Source: Marsupella aquatica (Eukaryota; Plantae; Marchantiophyta). From it: DNA of 64,000 bases. The stretch covers positions 9,236,287 to 9,300,286 of the forward strand of contig OZ316899.1 in the NCBI GenBank assembly GCA_973895155.1, in the 5' to 3' direction. Under the pieces are notes generated by a model. The model was not told where the DNA came from. It was given only the letters and a program-made list of their open reading frames with translations, and did not search any database. Both the position numbers and the translations under genes were made by a program. Below, one piece after another: positions 12,422 to 24,800 of the stretch; the first letter of the stretch is position 1; each line of letters begins with the position of its first letter.

Positions 12422-14546
12422 TCTTGCAAGTTATAGTATTTTCTATTTTCATTTTTTTGGACTTATATTGAGATTTTTTTCTCAAAGATATTTTTTTCAT
12501 TGTGACCATGTAGCAATTTTGGGCATTCTCTATTGTTTTTTATAACTTTTCTTGCAAGTTGTAGAATCTTCCATTATTTATTTTATTTTTTAGTTGTGAC
12601 TATGTAACAATTTTGGGCATTCCTAAATTGCTTTATTTGATCACTCATTAGTTGACACCTACCACCACTACTTAGATGATACTTATTTTTTCTATTGACC
12701 TTCAACTATAACTTATCTGTTCTAGTCAATTATTTTCTAGAATCAATACATTTATTGATATTAGTTTTGTACACTAAATAACTAATTGATACAAATTGTA
12801 CACAAAACAAAAAAAATTACCCATATTTACATAATTCCCATGTAATTATATTTTTTAGGCATTTGACATAGCCTCCCTCTCAAGTATGCAGCGACCCCGC
12901 AAACACTAATCTTTCTATTGCTGAAATATTTTTTTAATCAATCATAGTGGACGCGTGTGGGATACACATCTCCTATTAAGGTAGAAACTTCTATCAAACC
13001 ATTATCAAATAGTTGGCTGACCTTGTAAGGTCCCAACCAACGCTATGGAGTTTACTTGGAAAGTGTTGAAACCTACTATCATACATCAACACTAAATCAT
13101 CTTTTTGCAAGTTCACGTGTTGAACTTCTTGTCGTGATACCCCTTTACCAATGTTTGTTTGTGTTGTAGACGGTCTGCAACATTCTCCCGTTCCTCCTCT
13201 AGAGCCTCTAACGAATAGGCTCGTTCTTCCAAACTCTGAGTCTCATCAACACGTGTGTGAATCAGAGTGCAATGGGTTGGGAGTTCGAACTCCACGGGTA
13301 CTATGGCCTGCTGGCCATATACCAAAAAATATGGACTTTTCCCTGTGGTTGTTGTACGAGCATCATTCTTCACTGTGGGCAAAGCCTCCACCCATTTGGT
13401 AGCATAATCAGTTGCCAATATTATGTATCAACATTTTCTTCTCCTTGTGACTGGTGTGATGGGTCCAATGAAATCAATCCCCCATTTCTCAAATGCTGCA
13501 AGTGGCAAAATTGGTTAAGGGGATGATGACTGGACATCCCTGGCTTTCCTACCCGTTGGCATGGATCACACCCTCTGATAAATAGGCACACATCTTTATG
13601 CAATGTTGGCCACCAATAGCCAGCATCCAAAATTTTCCTTGAAGTAGTTGCTGATGCAAAATGCCCTCCTGCTTCTTCTTCATGCATATATAGCCTGCAT
13701 GACCACTTTAATTTGTTTTGCCTCTAGACATTGTCGCAACCTCCCATCCACCCCATATTTGTGTAGGATACCTGATACCAACATGTATGGAGCCACCTTT
13801 CTCAAAAACACTGCAATAGCCTCTGGTCCCATCTCCTTCTCCACCTGACCTGTGCACAAGTGATTAATGATATCTTCATACCATGAATCCTCCACTAGGT
13901 GAACTTGCTATAAGTCCTCATCTGGAAATTGATCAGTAATGCCCTCCTCAACGGGCTCTCCATCAATTTGAGAGAAGAAATCAGCATTCCCATTCTTCTT
14001 TCCTGGTCGAACCCGTACTTCATAGTTGAACTCTTGTAACAAGAGTACCCATCGAGCAACACAGCCAGTGAGGTCAGGTTTGTTCACCATGTATTTCAAT
14101 GCATTGTGGTCTGTATGAAATATAACCTTGTACCCCAACAGATAGTGCCTGAACTTCTTACATACATAGATGATTCCCAATGCTTCACAATCAGTGGTAG
14201 AGTAGTTCTTCTCTGCCGTCATAAGCAATCTACTAGCAAAGTAGATTGGATGGTCACGTCCTTCTTCATCCAACTGACTGAGCACCACGCCTATGCAGAA
14301 TCTTGAGACATCCGCAAAGACATGGAACTCCTTCTCCCAATTTGGAGATTGTAGAATTGGTGCCTCTACCAACTTTTGTTTCAAGGTCGCAAAACTTGCC
14401 AACCGTTCAGGGGTGGGATCAAAATCAGCTCTGGCCTTTAGCATAGAAGTTATAGGTAATGCCAACTTTGCAAAGTCCTTGATGAAACATCTATAGTAAT
14501 TTAGACATCCTAAGAACCCCCAGGCTTCTGTTGTGTTGGTAGGGAA
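12422..14546 (-). mobile_element. Old Ty3/gypsy (non-chromovirus) remnant: RNaseH, integrase, PPT and part of the 3' LTR
   Basis: Minus-strand ORFs with HPIYFASR, KKFRHYLLG, GGHF..AGYWWPTL..CDPCQ and DYATKWVEA. PPT GAGAGGGAGG-CTA precedes an LTR starting TGTCAAATG at 12868 (minus). Confidence 0.88.
12915..14546 (-). pseudogene. pol: gypsy pol fragment (RT tether, RNaseH, integrase with core deletion)
   Basis: ORFs 13908-14549, 13680-13895, 13421-13687 and 13113-13418. The integrase core is deleted (KNDART|TTGKSPY). Confidence 0.88.
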
Positions 14547-15000
14547 CACTAGTACATTTTATTGCCCTTTTCCGTCAATGAAAGTATCGGAACCCTTTGG
14601 CAACTTGCGACCAGATTTTTGGAACTTCCGATTACCACAACATCGGTACATGCCATTTTCTGCACATCGGATATAGACCATCGGACAACTATCGGAAACA
14701 CCGATATTACCTTCATCGGACCATCCGTAATCTAAAATATCGGATATTTTACTATCCGATGCCGGAAGTATTGGACCACCACTTTTTTGCCTGTTCTGTT
14801 TAGTTCGTGTCCGATTAGTGTCCGTTGGTTAAGACATCAGAATATCCGATATTAGTAGTATTGCAAGTTCCAATGCGGTAAGATTCGGAAGATCCAAATG
14901 TTCTGGAATGGGAAAGTCCAATACAAAGTGCATCGGAAGGGCGTGGTTTTGGTTGGATGGAGTGGGATGATTTAAGTATCGGAATGGCATCGGAAAGAGT
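14547..15000. repeat. CACTA TIR and subterminal (A)TCGGA/TCCGA(T) repeats
   Basis: Dense direct and inverted TCGGA/TCCGA motifs next to the CACTA terminus. Confidence 0.85.
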
Positions 15001-15048
15001 GCTTTGGGAAGCGGGGATGCCACGCTTATTAGCATATTTAGGGGGTGG

Positions 15049-15080
15049 GGGTTAGGGTTAGGGTTAGGGTGAGGGTTAGG
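15049..15080 (+). repeat. Short telomere-like (GGGTTA)n tract
   Basis: GGGTTAGGGTTAGGGTTAGGGTGAGGGTTAGG. Confidence 0.85.
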
Positions 15081-15339
15081 TGTAGGGGTGTTTTGGAGCC
15101 ATTTTGGAGCTTATTGAAAAAACCATGCAACATAGATCTAATTAGAACCCATGCATGGCCAAAAAGGGTACTCAAGCCCCTAAAATGAATATATACATAT
15201 AGACCCCAATATGTACAAGTGTGATCCACTTGGATCAAATAAGAAATAGCAGCCTGCCCCATATGGTCTACACTTTGTGCCCTAACACACTAGGCCTCTA
15301 CTCTGCACATGCTGGTCAACTATCTGACTTGCTACCAGC

Positions 15340-18300
15340 TCAAAATGGAGCATGTCGTCCCTTCCTCTTTTTGGAACGAGTCCGTGGAGGTGGGGGTGGA
15401 GAAGCCTCGGTGAATGTGGTCTGGTCCATATTGGCTTGGTCCAGGTCGTTTGTCCCAAGTGTAGAGGCAACATGAGGAAGTGGACCAACCCCACCACCAC
15501 CACCATGGGAAGCCCCTAAGCCATGAGAGGGCACACCCTCTTCGCTACCTCGGCAAGTATGAAAGGAAGCTGCAGGACCCCCCCACTGGTCCCATCGGCA
15601 GTAGAACGTTGTGACTCACCACCACCACCACCACTCCCTCCTGACTGGCTAGGGACACCATGACTAGCCGCTGGAGGACCTGAGTGGTGAGAGACCCCAC
15701 CACCACCGCCTCCACTCCCTCCAGACGTGCCAGAGGCACGTCCACCACCCCCAATGCTGCCTGCATGCTGAGAGACACCGCCACCACTGCCTGCACTCCC
15801 TCTAGACTGGCCAGGGGCATGTCGACCACCCCCAGTGCTGCCCGCATGTTGAGAGACACCACCACCACTACCTGCACTCCCTCCGGACTGGCCAGGGGCA
15901 TGTCGACCACCCCTAGTGCTGCCTCCATGGTGAGAGACTCCACCACCACCGCCTGCACTCCCTCCGGACTGGCCAAGGGCATGTCGACCACTCCCAGTGC
16001 TGCCTCCATGGTGAGAGACTCCACCACCACCGCCTGCACTCCCTCCGGACTGGCCAAGGGCATGTCGACCACTCCCAGTGCTGCCTCCATGGTGAGAGAC
16101 TCCACCACCACCGCCTGCACTCCCTCCAGACTGGCCAAGGGCATGTCGACCACTCCTAGTGTTGCCTCCATGGTGAGAGACTCCACCACCACCCCCTGCA
16201 CTCCCTCCAGACTGGCCGCCCCCAGTGCGGCCAGAGTGCCAAGACCCTCCACCGTTGGCTGCACTCCCTCCAGCCTGGCCACCCCCAGTGCGGCCAGAGT
16301 GGCCAGAGCCTCCAGAGCCACTCCCAACTATGCCTAACTGCTGAGAACCTCTAGAACACCCTTCCCCGTGGGGCTCTAATTGGCGAGACCCACCAACAGC
16401 ATGTCGTGCAACAACATGTCGCGGGCCCTGAGTGTCAGCTCTACCAGCAACCCCTGATTGGCGTCGGCCACTAGAACCAACCCCTATGGCTCTCGACTGG
16501 TGTGCGCTAGGGGCCCGACTAGCACCACCTCTGCCAGCCCTACCTTGTGACGCTGGAACACCATGATCCTCACCCCGTCGAGTCGAGTGGCGAGGACCAC
16601 TAACACCGTCCCTAACTTCTCCAGACCGGCGAGATGTGGGTGCGGCCACAATTGCCTCCTCTGGGCCCAACGACTCTGCATCTGAATCGTCCGCCCCTGA
16701 GCCCTCCTCCGAGTCCTCACCCTCCTCACCCTCCTCCTCTGAGCCCTACATATATCCAACTAGCAATCCAGTTAGTGTATGCTCCATCTTACCACAGAAT
16801 TTTCATCAACCAATTAAGACATTGCATTCAGAGGATTGTCCATACCGAACCCAACTCCTCCTCCATGTGAATCTTGAGAGCTCACGGTCCATGCTTCTTA
16901 GCCAACTCCCTCTCGTCTGGTAAGATCGGCCGCCCATGCTCACGCTCCTACACCCACACAAAATGGCCCCAACATCAAATTGTCCCCCATTAGTCCCTCC
17001 CTATCACACCCCAAGTAGTCCCACATCCTCACACCCCCAAATACATGTACAATGGCCTTTGGATCCTACTAACAAATCTACCAAGGATTACCGATAAAAA
17101 TTCAAATTATCCGATTACCCAAGTATCGGACCCCTCGTGCTAAAATATTGGACACACTGTCCGAATGTTGATCCGATACTGATACTATCGGATCATAATC
17201 GGACCCCAATTTCAAAAAAAGGTGTGATAACACTTTTGATTATGGGTCTGATACCGACAGAATCGGACCGGTATCAGAAAGACGGCCCAAGAAAGAAAAA
17301 ATACAGTGCCGAGAGCGGGCCTGACTTGCAGGTCTCACCTCGACAATAAGAAGGGACTAGCTTTGGGTCCAGGCTCTTTAGGCATACACAAGCCTCAGGT
17401 GATCAGGCAAATTGAGGTGAGGAGCTTGGACAGAGGAGGGGGAGTACTTACAAACTTTGCCTTGAGACGCTGCGACCCACCCTGCCCCATCCGGTGAGTG
17501 ATTACTGGCCTATTGTCAACTCAAAGCAATGCTTTCAGGATTTGTGAGCGAGGGTCTCCAAGCTGAACTGATCTTGCTTCCCAATGCTGCAGGTTGCTCT
17601 GAGCATGGCGGGTGTCAATAGTCTCCCCTGCTTGGGCCTTGGTGGCAAGCTCTTCTAATTCGGCCTGCCAGTACCGTCTTGCCTGCCAAGCTTGAACTTG
17701 TAGCTCGGTCTTGATCCAAGCTGCCCATACATCTGGTGGTAGATCAACTGGGCACCCCCTCTGCCTTATCACCTCCTCATTTTCCTTGCATTCACCAAGG
17801 TATTTCCTGAGCTTCTCCCAGACATGGTTCCTTCTGTCTGCAAGTGAGAGGCTGATTTTTTGATTCAAGAACCTGTCATCAAGGAATGATCCATTAGAAA
17901 ACCTCTCCTTCACCTGCTCACGAACTCTGAATTTCTCCTGTTCATTTTGCTTCCCCCAGTAGTCTAACACCCCAAAATGGGATCTAAGTACCTGCCCAAG
18001 CTGACTCCTAAAGAGATTATAGCTCTTGGCCTGGGAGCTCCTCCACTATTCAAAAACAGCTTTGGCCGCTTGCTTCGCTCCTCTGCTTGTTGTTTCTCCT
18101 CCTCTACTCTCTTCCTCTCTGCAGCCCGTGCTTCTTTACGCAGGGCTTTCTCTCTCTGTCTTGGTGAGAGGGCCTCCGCGGGGATGCTCTGCTTCTCATC
18201 CCTTTGCTTCCTCTTCTTTTCTTTCTCCCTCTGCTGCCTTTCCTCGAATGCTTTCTCAGCTTCTGAAATAATTGTGCCCTTTGAAGAGTCAATCAATCCC

Positions 18301-18500
18301 TGTGTCAATGCAGCAACCTGTTGTGCAACTTCTATTGAGAGCCCTATTTGCGTTTGAAAAATGGCGGTCATAATGTCCCCAAAGTTTTGAGATGGCCCGG
18401 CTCCATCTCCTGCAGATCCTCCGGCTCCCCCAGCTGCTCCGGCTCCCCCAGCTCCACCTCCTGCCCCTCCTGCCCCTCCATTGTTCCCCTCCATAGCCAT
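15340..18500 (-). pseudogene. CACTA ORF2 / TnpA-like gene (multi-exon, Gly-rich repeat C-terminus), divergent from the transposase
   Basis: Exon ~18500-17452 ends HRMGQGGSQRLKAKF|gtaagt, resembling the H-x-x-G-x-x-G motif of the Ptta/En/Spm family. A small exon lies at ~16947-16846, then an acidic, Gly-rich last exon. Homologous to 53040-55888(+). Confidence 0.65.
15690..16330 (-). repeat. Coding tandem repeat, 81-bp (27-aa) unit GGSAGGGGGVSHHGGSTGSGRHALGQS
   Basis: Unit starts at 15921, 16002 and 16083 (81-bp period), plus two 60-bp variant units. Confidence 0.9.
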
Positions 18501-19310
18501 AAGCTCCTCCCGGCCTTCAATTCCAGTTTGTGACCATGCACCTCCCCGGCTTTTGCCAAAGAAAACATCTCACGACGCTCTTTCGATGCAAAGCCCGACT
18601 AAGAAGGAGTGGCACTTTGGTCGGGAAACCTAAAACTTCTCTGACTATGGATCCGATTCTTACAGCATCGGAACAAGCAATGCTATAATTATCGGAAACA
18701 TAGTGGATGTCCGATTTTTACAACATCGGACCCCTCTTGTTAATTCCTTGTATTACTCATGTCCAAAGTTTTTTCCGATAGAATAACTATGGCAATTAAT
18801 TTGGTTGTATGTTTGATGACCCTATGTTGGTTCTATGTGTTTAAGCAGGGTTTTAGGGATAGGGTGGACCGTTGGAGCCGCGGTCCCTTCTCATTGTGTG
18901 GTTTGGAGGTGGTTGGTATGTATAGATGTTGCAAGTTATATTTGAGAGTTGTGTGGTATTTACATTGTGACATTTTGGGGGCAAAATATGGATTCACCTA
19001 GCTAGCTAACCTTATGCATATAGTGACATGCCAAATTTTGCAGTTCTTTTTTGCAGAGGGTTAAGTCACTCAGTTTTTGCGGAGGTTTAGGTTGCTAAGC
19101 TATTTTGGGGGTCCATTTTTGTAATGCATCATGCACAGCAAGAGCCCGCATGTCTAAAAGGTATGGTTGGACCACTCTAAAAGGTTATGGAGGTGAATGT
19201 TGGGAGGTGCCCGGCATAGGTCGGCCCCCTAGCCAACTATAATTATGGTCATACAAAGGTTAATTATTGACCTTGTTCCACACTAATTAAGTTGAAGTGT
19301 TCTTGTGCAG

Positions 19311-19386
19311 TAATTTCAGACTTGTCTTAGCATATAGTCTAAGGCCAAGATCCTAGTTGGCACTGCAGAGCGCGGGTCTCATTAAG
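19311..19386 (+). other. Conserved non-coding 5'-UTR exon of the CACTA transposase/SET gene
   Basis: Bounded by AG and GT. Conserved with 52104-52180(-) in copy 2 (CTTAGCATATAGTCTAAGG...GGCACTG.AGAGCGCGG). Confidence 0.6.
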
Positions 19387-19493
19387 GTATTATTGATTTA
19401 AACATTTTTTTGTTTTGCCTTAAGACATATATATGTAAATCACAATGGTGCGGATTCTAAAATATAGTGACATTGTGTATGGATGATGGGCAG

Positions 19494-19724
19494 ATGTCCA
19501 GTTCTGGGAGTTCTGAGTCAGACTCAAACTCAACCTCGTCATCTTCTGAGGGGGATGTTCCTCCTCCCCCTCCTCGGACTCAATGTCCTCCTCCTATAGG
19601 ACCTATTCCATGCTGGTGTGTTAGATGTAAAGGCATGGTGGTTCGTCAAGCCTGGGAAGCCATTGAGCACATTGAGAACTATGGCCAACATGAGGGTGAT
19701 TTACCTGGATATTCTGCTCGCCAG
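19494..19724 (+). CDS. Shared coding exon 1 (Ser/acidic, Pro-rich, CWCxxC...H..H putative Zn-binding transposase-associated motif)
   Basis: 231 nt with a phase-0 GT donor (YSARQ|gtatgc). A homolog of identical length lies at 51974-51744(-). Confidence 0.75.
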
Positions 19725-19823
19725 GTATGCATCATTTATTGCGCTTGGAGACATTGATATGCACAAGTTGTAACATTGCACCCATACATTTATTAATTGT
19801 TTGTATTTTTTGTGATTGAATAG

Positions 19824-20738
19824 GTGCCTTGTAGGACCTCTCCTCCATTGGTCTCTAATGACTTATGGGTAAACACACTTTTGGCTGGTGCAAGAGAGTT
19901 GTTAGCAACATCATCAGATCCCCCTCAATGTAGCCTCCCTTGTATTGATTCGGAGACTATACCAGTTCCATCTAGGGTTGGTCGCACCCGAGCACGTTCC
20001 CAAAGACAACGACGTCGTTATGAACCCTTGGGTGTGCATGAGACCGAGGACCAAGTTCTGCACCATACTCATAGAGTACCGCCAGGAGAGGACTATGTGG
20101 AAGTGGAAGGGAGGTTGGGGCTTTCATATGTCACTGGGAAGGCATTGATAGTCTTGAAGGATTTCTCATCTGAGAGATCCAAAATACCCCCTGGCCTAAC
20201 CACTGACACTCCTATCCACATATGGAGTCACCAATGGATAGTGAAGGCATCCTCCCTTGGTCCTGACATAGGATTTGGCGTATTTGCCTTGGAGGACATT
20301 TTGGTCCCTGCAAAGCCATGGCCCCGAGGTTATGATGGGGAGCACCTATTTCCATATATTGGTCCTGTATACACTTCAAAAAGTTGGAACATTCTATTGT
20401 GCCAACACCCATCTTGGGGTGTCTATGCATTGCAAATGGATTCTGATCCAGATGAGGTCATAGAGAGGCCTTGGCATTCTCGGATGATTGATGGGGACCC
20501 TGTTCGCTCCGACAACATAGCCGGGTACATCAATAGTACTCGTGGGAGAGGGAGAGGACTTAGGCCTAATGTTGAGTGGATACAAATATTTGGTCCACCT
20601 AGAGAGCCTTATTATGTAAAACACATGGATGACCATGTCATGACTGTAGCCATTACAACCATTAGGGCTGGCGAGGAGTTGTTTTGCGACTATGAGTGGG
20701 ATGCTCCCAAGAAAGCATTCCTTTCTCGCCGTGTGTAG
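19824..20738 (+). CDS. SET/PR-domain protein exon (putative lysine methyltransferase) carried by the CACTA element; intact
   Basis: SET motifs GFGVFALEDI, FPYIGPVY, IDGD, NIAGYINS...PNVEW and IRAGEELFCDY. Phase-0 AG acceptor at 19823, giving a ~381-aa spliced product with exon 1. Confidence 0.82.
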   Translation: MPCRTSPPLVSNDLWVNTLLAGARELLATSSDPPQCSLPCIDSETIPVPSRVGRTRARSQRQRRRYEPLGVHETEDQVLHHTHRVPPGEDYVEVEGRLGLSYVTGKALIVLKDFSSERSKIPPGLTTDTPIHIWSHQWIVKASSLGPDIGFGVFALEDILVPAKPWPRGYDGEHLFPYIGPVYTSKSWNILLCQHPSWGVYALQMDSDPDEVIERPWHSRMIDGDPVRSDNIAGYINSTRGRGRGLRPNVEWIQIFGPPREPYYVKHMDDHVMTVAITTIRAGEELFCDYEWDAPKKAFLSRRV

Positions 20739-20902
20739 GGCAGACATGTATATACCACCTCTTTTGTTGAATATAAAATACATGACAATGGTTTCCAACA
20801 AAATTTGGTTCTTTGTATAAATAAATCCTAAACCCTAAACCCTAAAACACTTGTCTCATTGTGGGTCTCTTCTAATATTTATGTATGTTTGTGAACTGCT
20901 AG

Positions 20903-21267
20903 AATGCGTATGGTCAACCAGATGTGGGGGTATTATCACAAGCAATGCGGCAACACCTTGTTGAGGCCATGGAAGATTGGCGTAGGGCTCAAGCTTCAGC
21001 GAATGAAGATATCCCTCTTGAGCAAGTATCTAATGCCACCAATGACAGACTTGAGGATGAGAGGGCCATGGATGATCTCATGCACCAGTTCTATGACATA
21101 GAGGATGGTGACCATGGTATGGGTGATGCATTTGACACCACAGCACATGCTCATCATGACATTCCTTCACGTCAAGGTTCCCACTCTAGACAATGGGGGG
21201 AAGCTCGTGACCATGCACAAACAAGGATTTTTGAGGGGTCACAGCTGTCTCGACTATTAGGAATAAT
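20903..21267 (+). pseudogene. CACTA TnpD transposase, 5' part (interrupted by Bianca copy 3)
   Basis: Phase-0 acceptor ctgctag|AAT GCG TAT. Joins across the insertion as SRLLGI|MLLLNLQQ, matching copy 2 (SRLSAIMLLLNLQQ). Confidence 0.85.
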
Positions 21268-21433
21268 TGTTATAATTGATAAACCTAACCCCGGTAAACT
21301 AGACTTACCCTAGTGAATAGGGATAAGAGGTGGTTACATAACCACGCCTTGTACTATATAGGGAGCCCCCATACTCCCAAATGGAATAGAAGGTAGTGAG
21401 TTTGTTGGCGCATGAGATCTATGTCCCTAAATA
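21268..21433 (+). repeat. 5' LTR (166 bp, TG...TA)
   Basis: Direct repeat of 29351-29519. Confidence 0.95.
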
Positions 21434-21444
21434 CGTTATCAGCA
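21434..21444 (+). promoter_or_regulatory. Primer-binding site CGTTATCAGCA (half-tRNA type)
   Basis: Lies immediately after the LTR. Complementary to the tRNA-Ile anticodon stem-loop (UGCU-IAU-AACG) rather than to a 3' CCA end. Confidence 0.75.
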
Positions 21445-21875
21445 AGACTCTTGATCTAAGCGATTTTTTTTCTCCTTACACATCAGCTTGAGCAAAATTT
21501 TGTTTGGAAAATCTCCACACCAGCCCACGGAAGATGAAAACGTCTAAGGATTTTCAGTTTTTTTCTTCGAGGATTCCAACAATAGCTTTGCCCCCACATC
21601 GATCCCTCCTCCCTGAACGCGATCTTCTCCACAAAAAAAGAAATTACCCAACACCTGGAGAGGACGGCCCGTGAAAGATCAGAGCAGGCACGAGGAAGGA
21701 CAATGCGAGGAAAACGGACCAGCAAGAACGGCTCCACACGGAACAATATCAAGGAAGTTCCCATCCCATCCCCCACGATTTACAATTTCAAACAAGATAC
21801 ACTATGGAAAACTCAAGCAATTTCCATTTATTGAGACACTTCCGATTACTGAAGATACAATACTTCGATTGAACA

Positions 21876-24800
21876 ATGACTACAATTGAGAAATTACAAT
21901 TTAAGGCATTAGCCATAGATGGCGCAAATTATTTAACATGGTCACTTGACATTGAGGCCTATCTCGCATCCAAAGATTTGCAGGACGCAATCCTAACCGA
22001 TGCAGGCCTCACACTACAACAGAAGGCAAGAGCGCTAATCTTCATTCGACATCACTTGGCCGAGCCACTCAAGACCCAGTATCTCAACCAATATAATCCC
22101 AGAATACTCTGGGAAGATCTGAGATTATGGTTTGACCACATGCGGCTCGTCTCCCTGCCAGCGGCCCGCCACGACTGGATCAATCTAAGGGTCCAAGATC
22201 ACACCTCAATCGCCAGCTACAATGGCAAACTATTCCGGATCACCCCACAACTGGCAGTTTGCGGCCACCCCATCAACAACGATGAAATGATAGAGCGCAC
22301 CCTTTCAACGTTCAACGCAGGAAACTTACTCCTGGCATCACAATACAGAAATATGGGCTTCACTAAATATTCTGAACTGATCGCATATATGCTCCTTGCC
22401 AAAAAACACCAACTACTCCTCCTGGAGAATGCCAAATCCTGACCACCAGGGGCTGCTGCACCACCACCCAGACCAGAAGCCAACTTTAATTGCCAGAACG
22501 TCAGGCCCAGAGGGAGAGGAAATGGAAACTTCAGGGGGAGAAGAGGCAGAAACCCCAGTAGGGGTAGATACCAACAAGGCGGCAGGGGCAACGGCCAACC
22601 CAATAGAGAAGACCAAACACTCGGAAACCTTAACAAAAGAGGTGGATACAGAGGAAGAGGAGGCGGACTTAGAGGAAGAGGCCGAGGGGGGCGCCACGCC
22701 GAGGGATATTACAATTGGAACCAAGAAGAAAATAACCCCATTGAATGTTTCAGGTGCGGAACAAAGGGACACCTACAAAGAGACTGTCGGGCACCCACAC
22801 ACCTGGTCACACTCTACAAGCAGAGCCAAGAACAACCCACCAACGGAGCACAGGGGAATTACATGGAGGCCCTAGACGACATTGAGGGCTACAGATTAGA
22901 CCCAGAAGTACCCGAGGTCCACACCGCCCAACTCGGCTCCACCTCAACACCACCAAATGACCACAATAACTGCATTGTGGACAGCGAAACATCTCACTCA
23001 ATACTACGAGATAGACATTATTTCCTCCGAATCACACCTCTCAACAGATCCATGACAACGATAACAGGACCTAACCACATAGAGGAAGGCTACGGCCCAA
23101 CCAGAGTCAGATTCCCAAAAGGGACTACAATCTACATCGACTCAGCAATCTACGCACCAAGGGCCACAAGGAACCTAATCAGCTTCAACAATATACGTGC
23201 AAATAAGCTACACATCCACACTGACACCCACAACAACAGGGAAGTGCTGCAGATACTAGACAACACAAAACCAGGGGGAGGAGTACGAGAGATCTTACCA
23301 ATTTACCCCTGGCTTATACATCACCAGAATACACTCTTACCACACAGAACGACCCACCCTCAACTTAACTCAAACCTGGCATAATCGCCTCGGTCACCCC
23401 GGCACCAATATGTACCATAACATACTGAAGACCACAGTGGGGATACCCCACAGAGTTCACCCGTCAGCCTCGAACAAACCCTGCATCGCTTGTTCGGCCT
23501 GCACCATCAAAAACCATACATAAGATCCCACAATTCCTAGAGAGGATACAAGCAGATGTCTGTGGGCCAATTGAACCACCATCCGGCCCATTCCGATACT
23601 TCATGGTCATTATAGACGCCTCCACCAAATGGTCACAGGTCTCCTTGTTTTCCACAAGGAACCTGGTCTTCACCAGAATTCTATCTCACATATTGAAACT
23701 CAAACACCAATTCCCAGAGAATCCAATCAAAACCATCAGAGTCGACAATGCAGGGGAGTTTACCTCAAAAAAGTTTGACGACTTCTGTGAGACTGCAGGG
23801 ATAGACACCAAATACTCGGTCCCACACGTCCACTTCCATAATGGTATCGCCAAATCGGTGATAAAATGCATACAAAGCCAGGCCATTGCTAATGCAATCC
23901 AACTTACCAGCCTCATCATGGGGCCATGCGGTCCTGCACGCTGCCGCCCTCCTAAGAATAAGGCCATCCTCCTTCAACACCCAGACCCCTCACTTCTTGG
24001 CATACGGGATGCCACCGGACATCACCCATCTCCGAACATTCGGATGCATGGTCCTGGTCCCAATACTAGGCCCCAAACGGACCAAAATGGGACCCCAGCA
24101 ACAACGAGGCATATACGTGGGACTAGACTCACGTTCTATCATGAGGTACTTGGAACCTACGATAGCAGACATATTTAAAGCAAGGTTCCAAGACTGCCAA
24201 TTCTTTGAAGAAGAATTCCCAACTCTCGCCGAAGACACCGCTAGAAGCGGACATGCCAAAGCACAAGAACTACAATGGCTGCCCATGAAACCAATCACTG
24301 ATGACCACCGGACCAGAGAAGCAGACCAAGGAGTACAAAGGGTCCTCCATTTACAGCAGATGCTCACAAACTTACCTGACTCATTCAACGATGCAGCTGC
24401 AGCCACACGGTCACACACGGAGGCAGCAAATACACCCGCAAGAATTTCATGGACAGCCCCATCGGCAACGGCAACCACACCAAAGGCAAAACGGGGCCGA
24501 CCCTTGGGCTCTAAGGATACATACCCGCGACCACCATGCAGCGCATCACTAGCAACAATGGCCACCCCTGCACGAAGATCACCCCCTCCAAGGGATACAG
24601 CAAACGAGGAAATAACAATCAACTACATACACACCGGACATATGATGCAACGAAATAAAACACAAATCAACAATCACTTCGCATTCCATATCTCTGAGGA
24701 GATAACCAACAAAACCCCTGACCCCATTACAATAGCAGAGGCTCAATCTCGACCAGACTGGCACCAATGGGAACTGGCCATAAACTCCGAATTAGACTCC

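Noticed and set aside
14544-14546. GAA/TTC target-site preference shared by the two CACTA copies
   Set aside because: There are only two sites, and the partner ends needed to confirm the TSDs are outside the window.
15545-16337. Alternative-frame repeat ORFs (Val-rich 260 aa minus, Thr-rich 217 aa plus; likewise 55193-55762 minus)
   Set aside because: They are by-products of stop-free tandem repeats. The Gly-rich frame is the one shared by both CACTA copies.
19824-20738. SET ORF as an ordinary host gene
   Set aside because: It lies inside a CACTA element, within the transposase intron, and recurs at the same position in a second copy.
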